A stretch of 64,000 bases of DNA from contig JANLTP010000064.1 in NCBI GenBank assembly GCA_031363055.1, positions 1,311 through 65,310 on the forward strand. The letters run 5' to 3'. The notes beneath the pieces are model-generated. The model saw nothing but the letters and a program-made list of their open reading frames with translations, did no database searches and was not told the DNA's origin. Made by a program: the position numbers and the translations under genes. Positions 49,307 to 56,082 of the stretch are shown here, one piece after another. Numbering within the stretch: position 1 is the first letter of the stretch; the number at the start of each line of letters is the position of its first letter. The stretch comes from Burkholderiales bacterium. Lineage in GTDB: Bacteria; Pseudomonadota; Gammaproteobacteria; Burkholderiales; Burkholderiaceae_E.

Positions 49307-49561
49307 TCAAGCGCCATGATTGCGATTCGTCCCAGCGGCCAACTCGCGCAAGCGCTTCACCGCCGCCTGATACACCGCCTCGCGTTCGCGCTTACCCACC
49401 GCAATCACCAACACGATCAGCCGATCATCAATCACTTGGTACACCAACCGATAGCCCTGTTTACGCAGCTTGATCTTGTAGCAATCCGCCAGCTCACCGT
49501 GCAATTGCGCACCCGCCACACGCGGGGATTCGAGGCGCATTTTTAGCAGCTTGCGCAGCAA
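49307..49561 (-). CDS. RelE/StbE (ParE superfamily) toxin homologue; canonical start codon missing for the full-length form
   Basis: LHGELADCYKIKLRKQGYRLVYQVIDDRLIVLVIAVGKREREAVY is a typical RelE/StbE core. Homology (GQYRLAFEDTARAEWDAL...) continues in frame up to 49633 without any ATG, GTG or TTG. The first canonical start is the TTG at 49561. Confidence 0.75.
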   Translation of the reverse strand: MLRKLLKMRLESPRVAGAQLHGELADCYKIKLRKQGYRLVYQVIDDRLIVLVIAVGKREREAVYQAAVKRLRELAAGTNRNHGA

Positions 49562-49663
49562 CTCTTTGATCGAGCCATCGAGCGCGTCCCATTCGGCGCG
49601 CGCCGTGTCCTCGAAGGCCAGTCTGTACTGACCGCAGGCGCAGGTGAAACCGCGCCTTTGCGC

Positions 49664-49921
49664 TTAGTCACTGTCAATATCGACTTCGGTGTAGTTTCCC
49701 TGCGCTGCACTGGCGATGCGCGCTTTGAGCAGCGGCAGCAACTGCGCATTGTCGACTTCATCGATCAGCGCTTCAAACAACTCCGGATCGACGATGTAAA
49801 ACGCCGCCTTGTTGCGGTTCAGCACGGCCACCGGCCGCGTGCCCGCATCGCGCAACACCTTGGCCGGGTTCTTCTTGAAATCCGACATACAAATGGTCAA
49901 GTCGGTCAGCAAGGTTTGCAT
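49664..49921 (-). CDS. StbD/RelB (Phd/YefM superfamily) antitoxin
   Basis: I chose the ATG at 49921, which has a GGAG SD. MQTLLTDLTICMSDFKKNPAKVLRDAGTRPVAVLNRNKAAFYIV is typical of StbD/Phd antitoxins. It lies directly upstream of the RelE homologue. Confidence 0.85.
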   Translation of the reverse strand: MQTLLTDLTICMSDFKKNPAKVLRDAGTRPVAVLNRNKAAFYIVDPELFEALIDEVDNAQLLPLLKARIASAAQGNYTEVDIDSD

Positions 49922-49968
49922 GGAATGGTTCTCCGTGACATTTTGTAAGCGCATATTACAGAGCTGAT

Positions 49969-49992
49969 AATAGCTCTTTTAAAAGAGCTATT
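49969..49992 (-). promoter_or_regulatory. Perfect 24-bp palindrome upstream of the antitoxin gene (candidate TA operator)
   Basis: AATAGCTCTTTT|AAAAGAGCTATT, read directly. It lies 48 nt upstream of the antitoxin ATG in an AT-rich spacer. Confidence 0.6.
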
Positions 49993-50181
49993 TTGTTATC
50001 CTCAGCGCTCATGTCGGTTTCCCTTCGGCGAGTTGGTGCGTAACTTTAAGTTGGACGTCCCTTCGACGCGCGCGTATCCTGATGCGGCAGCGTTCTGCGA
50101 AACAATCGCTGCCGCGCGGCGGCAGGTAACCAAGCCGCTCACTCTTGTCATTGGATACCAAACTCGAGTCAAGGAGAGATC

Positions 50182-50496
50182 ATGATCAAAGTCAGTGTGA
50201 TGTACCCGAACACCCCCGGAGCCCGTTTCGACCACGGCTACTACAAAGACAAGCACATGCCGATGTGCCAGAGCAAATTTGGCGCCGCCTGCACGCACTA
50301 CACGGTCGATCGTGGACTGGCTGGTGGAGCGCCCGGTGCGCCGGCCGCGTACGTCGCCATGTGCCATTTCTTCTTCAATTCCGTCGAGGCATTTCAAGCG
50401 GCAATGGGCCCGAACGCGCAGGCAATCATGGCGGACATTCCCAACTACACGGATCTGGCCCCGGTTATTCAAATCAGCGAGGTTGTCGTCGCCTGA
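50182..50496 (+). CDS. EthD-family reductase (small dimeric alpha-beta barrel protein)
   Basis: 104 aa with an AAGGAGAG SD. MIKVSVMYPNTPGARFDHGYYKDKHMPM is typical of the EthD/TIGR02118 family. Confidence 0.8.
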   Translation: MIKVSVMYPNTPGARFDHGYYKDKHMPMCQSKFGAACTHYTVDRGLAGGAPGAPAAYVAMCHFFFNSVEAFQAAMGPNAQAIMADIPNYTDLAPVIQISEVVVA

Positions 50497-50572
50497 GAGC
50501 GTCTGTGCGTGGCTTGCTCGCAAGGCGCAGTTCGGTGACCTGTGGCATCTACCAGCGTCGCTGCGAAGGCGC

Positions 50573-51295
50573 TCAATCCGGCTTCATGCCCGCAAACTTG
50601 ACGACCTTGGCCCACTTCTCGGTCTCTTCGCTAATGAACCGACCAAAGTCCGTGGGCGACTGTACAAAGGGTGTTACACCGACCTCGGCGAGTCGCACCT
50701 TTATCCTCGGATCATCGAGGACTGCAGCAATTTCCGCATTGAGCCTGTTCACGATCTCGGCTGCCGTATTGCGCGCAACTTGTTGCTCGTGACGTATTTG
50801 ATCGACGCCGCGACCGGCGCAAACATCGCTTGCACCTGACCCCCGAGCAAGTCAGTCAGAGCCATGGCGGATCCGCGATACGGCACGTGGCGCATCGTCG
50901 CGCCGGCCATCATGTTGAACAACTCGGCGGCGACGTGTTGACTCGTGCCATTTCCGGCCGAGGCAACATTCACCCCGTCAGGGTTGGCCTTGGCGTAGGC
51001 GATGAATTCCGGAACCGTCCTGGCCGGACAAGCCGGATTGACGACGAGGAAATTGCTGTAGCGACCTTGCCGATCGAGGAGCACGGCCTCTCGTCCACGC
51101 CATGGCGCAGGGATCAGTTGATTGCGGTGCTGCCACAAACAGACGGCGACATGCCCCGCTACCTGACCCCAGCCTTCATCGCTGGGCGCGCTCTGATCCT
51201 GGACGGTCGCAGCCAGATCGATCCACCAGCCAGAAGCGTGGCGCGGCAAGGCCTCGTTGCTGTAATGCTGCGTGCGAAGGACCGGCCTCTGGCCA
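50573..51295 (-). pseudogene. Degraded Bug/TctC-family gene (frameshifts, internal deletions, no signal peptide)
   Basis: Bug-like segments sit in different frames: WPE.., GWWIDLAATVQDQ, VVNPACPARTVPEFIAYAKANPDGVNVASAGNGTSQHVAAELF..HVPYRGSAMALTDLLGGQVQAMF, and the C-terminus AEIVNRLNAEIAAVLDDPRIKVRLAEVGV...EKWAKVVKFAGMKPD*. About 50 aa are missing between the last two. Confidence 0.8.
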
Positions 51296-51380
51296 GGTGC
51301 GTTCTGCGGTCAGTTAGGCACGAACGCGAAATCGTATCAAAATACGGGCGAATTTAATTTCACATCTGTTGGAGATCAAA

Positions 51381-51506
51381 ATGAGTCACTCGTCCATGCT
51401 GAAAGCTAGACGTCAGAATCAAAAAACCAGGAAACTGCTCGATGCCGCAGCCAAAAAGGCCAAACGGCTGGCAAAGCAGGCATTGGCGGGGCCGGCCGCG
51501 AAATAG
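51381..51506 (+). CDS. Possible 41-aa basic small protein (hypothetical)
   Basis: ATG with a GGAGATCAAA SD. It encodes MSHSSMLKARRQNQKTRKLLDAAAKKAKRLAKQALAGPAAK. It is below the ORF-track cutoff and I recognise no homology. Confidence 0.3.
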   Translation: MSHSSMLKARRQNQKTRKLLDAAAKKAKRLAKQALAGPAAK

Positions 51507-51534
51507 GGTATTGCGTGCGCCGGGGAAGAGGAAT

Positions 51535-52024
51535 ATGGCTAGCGCACTCCCTGAAACGTCCCCCGAGCGTTATCTCACGGGCACCTCTGCTTTGTCGATC
51601 CCAACCGATGAGGGTGATGTTGCGGACTGGCATTTCGATGTGGCCTTCTTGCGGCAAGGCACGCGATTCCGTGTGGCCGGGGTGAATATTCCGAGCACCC
51701 AGAAAATCCTCGGCCAGGAAGGCATTCGGGAGTATTCCGGAAGGAAAACCGTTCTATGCGGTCACCTATGCTCGAGCGATATTGGATCTCGTACTCACGA
51801 CAACCAGTGAGCATAAACGGGCGAGCTTCCTGCAGGCCAGCGAATTACTGCCCGATCGGGAGTTAAATTCTGTTTTGAGCCGACTAAAGGAGTTGAAAGC
51901 CCGGATCAGCGACCCAGTACAACTTAGCCTTATCGACCAATGGGTTCAAGAACAGCAGCAGAGCGCGAACATATACTCGCAGCCCTTGAAGGCCGCACGG
52001 CTGCCCGTGATCTCTACGATGTAG
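51535..52024 (+). pseudogene. Frameshifted gene of unknown function
   Basis: MASALPETSPERYLTGTSALSIPTDEGDVADWHFDVAFLRQGTRFRVAGVNIPSTQKILGQEGIREYSG is in one frame. It continues as KPFYAVTYARAILDLVLTTTSEHKRASFLQASELL...IDQWVQEQQ in the next frame. The switch is at an A-run near 51745-51748. Confidence 0.5.
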
Positions 52025-52260
52025 CGTACTTGGCTGAAAAGTATCCAGAATCGTTCTCAAGAGAAAGCCGAGAACGAGCAAAGCGATTCGTGCTGGATCT
52101 CGACAGTGTGGAGAGTCGGTTTCGCCCCGCATTTGAAGCGGACGATCTGTTTGCCGAACGAGCAAATGTCGATGAAACGATTCTCAGGCTACAAGCCGCA
52201 CTTGACAAGCCAATACCGGCCCGACAGTCCAAGATAGACGACCTGGGCAAGACGTCATGA
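51928..52260 (+). pseudogene. C-terminal fragment resembling a nucleotidyltransferase AbiEii/AbiGii-family toxin
   Basis: EREHILAALEGRTAARDLYDVAYLAEKYPE resembles the conserved (K/R)ARDLYDL motif region of AbiEii. No N-terminal nucleotidyltransferase part lies in the same frame, and the fragment overlaps the end of the preceding frameshifted ORF. Confidence 0.45.
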
Positions 52261-52340
52261 CCGACACCTCTACTTCATGCGTGCGCCGCTGCGCTGCAGG
52301 ATATGGCGTATTCAGTGTCGTCCAGAAAAGGATCGTCTGA

Positions 52341-53327
52341 ATGATTGATGCGGCGAAAATCAAGACGACCTATTGGCGGTTCGCCGAGACCGAGTGCAAG
52401 GGTTACTCCGACATCTACTACCGGCTTGCACTCGCGGTGTCTGAGGACGACGAAGTGATCGGTTTTATCGCGCAATTGCCCGTGATTCAGCCAAACCTCT
52501 TCCTCGCATCTGTTCAGCTCTTGACCGGGCCTGAGCATATGCCGATGGATGGCACCGAGCTGCGAACCTTCTTGAAGCGCCGCGGCCGCGAGGTGGCTGA
52601 AGCGATGCGCTCGCGACGGACACAGACCAACGAGGTTGGGCGCTGTGCCGTGTTGCTTCCGGCTTTGCCGCCCGGCCCTCTGGCCCTCGTCGAGGTCGGT
52701 GCCAGCGCTGGCCTATGCTTGCTCCTTGACCAGTTCTACTACAAATGGGGATCGAGTCACCTCGGTGATGCGTCTTCGCCCGTTCGATTGCAGTGTAAGG
52801 TCAGTGGTCCGGTCGCACTCCCTGCTGCAGTCCCGAAAGTTGTCTGGCGACGCGGTCTGGATCTAAGTCCGATCAACGTGCGGGACGATGATGCGATCAA
52901 GTGGCTGCTGGCCTGTGTTTGGCCGGATCATCCGGAGCGTCGGTGTCGACTCGAAGCGGCGATCGATTTGGCAAGGATTCAGCCTCCCATGGTCAGTGCG
53001 GGCGATTTGGTAGATGATCTTGCGGCCGTCATTGCCGACGTACCGGAGGACGCTCAGCTCGTCGTCTTCCACTCTGCCGTGCTGGGGTACGTCAGCTCTG
53101 ATCGTCGTAAAGAATTCGCGATGGCCCTTGCCGACGCTTCGAAACATCGGGATCTTGTCTGGCTGTCGAACGAACCGCCGGGCGTCATTCCTGAGCTAAC
53201 TTGCCTGGCACCTTCAGCCAGCGAGTCTCGGTTTCTGCTTGGCCGTACGCGATTTACCAACGGACGGCGTTCGGACGAGCTGCTAGCCTTCGCCCACCCG
53301 CACGGCGCAGAGCTCACATGGCTATAA
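52341..53327 (+). CDS. DUF2332 family protein
   Basis: 328 aa. RTQTNEVGRCAVLLPAL...LALVEVGASAGLCLLLDQFYY...RRGLDLSPINV...WLLACVWPDHPERRCRL...VVFHSAVLGYV matches my recollection of the DUF2332 pattern. Confidence 0.7.
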   Translation: MIDAAKIKTTYWRFAETECKGYSDIYYRLALAVSEDDEVIGFIAQLPVIQPNLFLASVQLLTGPEHMPMDGTELRTFLKRRGREVAEAMRSRRTQTNEVGRCAVLLPALPPGPLALVEVGASAGLCLLLDQFYYKWGSSHLGDASSPVRLQCKVSGPVALPAAVPKVVWRRGLDLSPINVRDDDAIKWLLACVWPDHPERRCRLEAAIDLARIQPPMVSAGDLVDDLAAVIADVPEDAQLVVFHSAVLGYVSSDRRKEFAMALADASKHRDLVWLSNEPPGVIPELTCLAPSASESRFLLGRTRFTNGRRSDELLAFAHPHGAELTWL

Positions 53328-53339
53328 GCCGCGCGTAGC

Positions 53340-53756
53340 TTATCGGTTTCCTGCCGCTGTCTTGGGCCTGCCGCCCTTGACGCCATTGCTTCGGGCGGCG
53401 GCAGCCTTGGCCGACGAGGTGGCTTTGCCGCCGGTGCGCCCGATCTGCGCCATCCACTGCCGCGTGCCCATGACTCCTTGCATCAGCGAAGGGACATGCA
53501 AGTCGGCGTCGAGCTTCGGCCAATGCAGGCCAAGGCCGGAAGGGGTGATTTCGATCACCGCCAGGTCGGCGGCGTCTGCGCCGGAAAGGCCCTGAGCCTG
53601 GTCTGCCGGGAACGCGAAAGTGCAGCTATTATTAAGCTCAACAACAATCCGGCCCTTTTCATAACGGGCGGCGATGGCGGTCGGTCCGCGAGCAATCGCG
53701 CGGCGACCCCTTGCGTTGGCGGCTTCGAATGCTTCGCGGGTAATCGGTTCAGCCAT
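53340..53756 (-). CDS. DUF2442 domain protein with basic C-terminal tail
   Basis: 138 aa. IEITPSGLGLHWPKLDADLHVPSLMQG is the DUF2442 signature. The tail is GGKATSSAKAAAARSNGVKGGRPK. Confidence 0.75.
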   Translation of the reverse strand: MAEPITREAFEAANARGRRAIARGPTAIAARYEKGRIVVELNNSCTFAFPADQAQGLSGADAADLAVIEITPSGLGLHWPKLDADLHVPSLMQGVMGTRQWMAQIGRTGGKATSSAKAAAARSNGVKGGRPKTAAGNR

Positions 53757-54010
53757 GGAATTCTCCCCATTTTCGGCAAAGCGTGGTGATTTGTCGGGTT
53801 AACTGCGTCGCAATTGAGTTCAGTTGAGCAAACGAATAGTTGAGCAAACGAATATCCGAAGTTATCGATCAGTTGAACGCCGCCGAGATCGCAGATCAGC
53901 TAGAACCGTGCCTCGCCGTTCAGACTGACCACGTGGACATGGGGCGGGCGATGATCGTTTGGATAGATCCGCACGCTCCAGCCTTGGCTTGTTCGAAAGA
54001 TCGTCGGCAC
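53757..54010 (-). pseudogene. DUF4160 family gene inactivated by an in-frame TAG and a 16-bp tandem duplication
   Basis: The GTG at 54010 opens VPTIFRTSQGWSVRIYPNDHRPPHVHVVSLNGEARF*, which carries the DUF4160 signature NDH.PPH.H. The stop is at 53900-53902. A tandem duplication, gttgagcaaacgaata x2, lies at 53823-53854. Confidence 0.75.
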
Positions 54011-54118
54011 CGTTCGATCTTAACCCAAGCGCGATTGGGTTAATACTGGTATCTGTGCCTAGTCAACGAGTTCTATTCGGGTTGACCTTAATGGCGATTT
54101 GTTTTCAGCAAACGCCAA

Positions 54119-54733
54119 TCATTTTTCGGTGAGTGCGAGCTTCGCGCCCAACCCGGCGAAGGTGGCGGCAAAACCATAGCGCAGCCATCGCTGCACGCGA
54201 ACGGAATCCATGATCCGCCTGCGGAACGCGTGCGCCAGCATGCCGTCGACAACAAAGACTGCAAAGGTCATGGCCATGAAGATGGCGCTTAGCAGAACAA
54301 GCTGAAAGAGTGGATTGTCGTCACCGGGTTCAACGAACTGAGGCAAGAACGCGAAGAAGAAAAGGGTCAGCTTCGGGTTCAGGATATTGAGTAGAAAGGC
54401 TTTGACGACCAAGCCGGTTCCGGAGATCGTCGATTGGGATCGATCGACTGCGAACGCTGACTTATCGCTCCAGGTGGCGTAGGCGACGTAGAACAGGTAG
54501 GCCACACCCGCGTACTTGAGCACTTGAAAGGCTGATGCGCTGGCATGCATCACGGCCGCAAGGCCAAGGACCGTCGCCATGAGATGCGGAACGATGCCGG
54601 CAGTGCATCCAAGCGCGGCAAAATAGCTGGCCCGTCGCCCTTGAGAAATACCCGTTGATCCGGTGAAAATGACGCCGGTACCGGGAATAAGTACCACCAC
54701 GAGCGATGTGATGAGGAATTCAAGGCTGATCAT
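54119..54733 (-). CDS. LysE/RhtB-family amino acid efflux protein
   Basis: 204 aa and polytopic. The N-terminus MISLEFLITSLVVVLIPGTGVIFT is typical of LysE-type translocators. Confidence 0.85.
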   Translation of the reverse strand: MISLEFLITSLVVVLIPGTGVIFTGSTGISQGRRASYFAALGCTAGIVPHLMATVLGLAAVMHASASAFQVLKYAGVAYLFYVAYATWSDKSAFAVDRSQSTISGTGLVVKAFLLNILNPKLTLFFFAFLPQFVEPGDDNPLFQLVLLSAIFMAMTFAVFVVDGMLAHAFRRRIMDSVRVQRWLRYGFAATFAGLGAKLALTEK

Positions 54734-54876
54734 GGGTGCTCCAAGGTGACGGGGTGATTGTGAATCAATCGTTCCAGACTGAATTGATAGGGATCGTTCT
54801 CTGGCCCGAAATGGACCCGCAAAGCATTGAATCCGCAGTATTATTACAATATTAAAGTCTAATTTAATATTTGTAC

Positions 54877-56022
54877 ATGATTCCTCGCCAGGCTCATCAA
54901 ACCGTCCTTCGCTTGGCCAAGGGGTTTCCTATCCTGTTGTTAACCGGGCCACGGCAATCCGGCAAAACGACGCTCGCACGCTTGGCTTTCCCTGACAAGC
55001 CCTATGTGTCTCTGGAAAACATTGAGGAACGAGGCTTCGCGCAAAGTGACCCAAAACGGTTTTTGATCCGCTTCCCCGACGGCGCGATCATCGATGAAGT
55101 ACAGCGCGTGCCTGAACTGTTGTCGTGGCTACAGCAGTGGGTCGACGAACGCAAGCGAATGGCCGATTTCGTGCTGACCGGGTCGGCGCAATTCAACCTG
55201 ATGGCGGGTATTACCCAATCGCTGGCCGGGCGCGTCGGGCGGGTGCAATTGCTGCCATTGTCGTCAGCAGAAGCCGCGCGGAATTCGCTGGATGAGACGC
55301 TGTTCACCGGCGGCTACCCGGCGCTTTACGATCGCGACTTATCGCCACCCGACTGGTTTCCCAATTACGTTTCCACCTACCTGGAGCGCGACGTTCGCCA
55401 GTTGTTGAACGTGCGTGATCTGAACCAGTTTCAACGCTTCGTGCGAATGTGCGCTGCGCGTTCGGCGCAACTGCTTAATTTGAGTTCGCTCGCCAATGAT
55501 TGCGGCATCAGTTCTGTGACCGCAAAGCAGTGGCTGTCGGTGCTCGAAACCAGTTATCTGGTGGCGATCGTTCAGCCGTATCACCGCAATTTTGGCAAGC
55601 GTTTGGTCAAAACGCCGAAGCTTTATTTTCTGGATGTGGGTCTAATGGCGTGGTTGCTCGGCATCCGCGATGACGCAAGTGTTGCCACTCACAGCGTGCG
55701 TGGCGCACTCTTTGAGACCTGGGCGGTGAGCGAGCTGATCAAGCAACGCTTTAATCAAGGGCAGCCTGCAGATTTATATTTCTGGCGCGACAGCCTGGGT
55801 CGCGAAGTCGATATCGTCTACGAAACGCCGCAAGGTTTGCAGGCGGTTGAAATCAAATCGGGTAGCACCTGGACTGCTGCTTGGACGCAAGGCTTGCAGC
55901 AATGGCAGGCGATTTCAAAAGAGTCACTGGCACCGTTTATTGTGTACGGCGGCGATGACAGTTTTGAGCGACAAGGATGCAAGGTCTTGGGTTGGCGGCA
56001 GCTTGCACACTGCAGCGAGTGA
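54877..56022 (+). CDS. AAA-type ATPase with DUF4143 domain (COG1373-like)
   Basis: I chose the ATG at 54877. Walker A LTGPRQSGKTTL, Walker B-like IIDEVQ and the YLERDV and FLDVGL motifs are typical of this family. The upstream region is AT-rich. Confidence 0.8.
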   Translation: MIPRQAHQTVLRLAKGFPILLLTGPRQSGKTTLARLAFPDKPYVSLENIEERGFAQSDPKRFLIRFPDGAIIDEVQRVPELLSWLQQWVDERKRMADFVLTGSAQFNLMAGITQSLAGRVGRVQLLPLSSAEAARNSLDETLFTGGYPALYDRDLSPPDWFPNYVSTYLERDVRQLLNVRDLNQFQRFVRMCAARSAQLLNLSSLANDCGISSVTAKQWLSVLETSYLVAIVQPYHRNFGKRLVKTPKLYFLDVGLMAWLLGIRDDASVATHSVRGALFETWAVSELIKQRFNQGQPADLYFWRDSLGREVDIVYETPQGLQAVEIKSGSTWTAAWTQGLQQWQAISKESLAPFIVYGGDDSFERQGCKVLGWRQLAHCSE

Positions 56023-56082
56023 CCTGCAACCAAGTGTCTGCACGAAACGAAAGTGTGGCATAGCCGTTGATGATCAGCAGGA

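Noticed and set aside
50002-50792. 173-aa minus-strand and 215-aa/186-aa plus-strand ORFs around the EthD gene
   Set aside because: They overlap the well-supported EthD ORF and the Bug pseudogene. Their composition is typical of off-frame high-GC translation.
53840-54043. 67-aa plus-strand ORF
   Set aside because: It is antisense to the DUF4160 remnant, which has a clear family signature. There is no SD.
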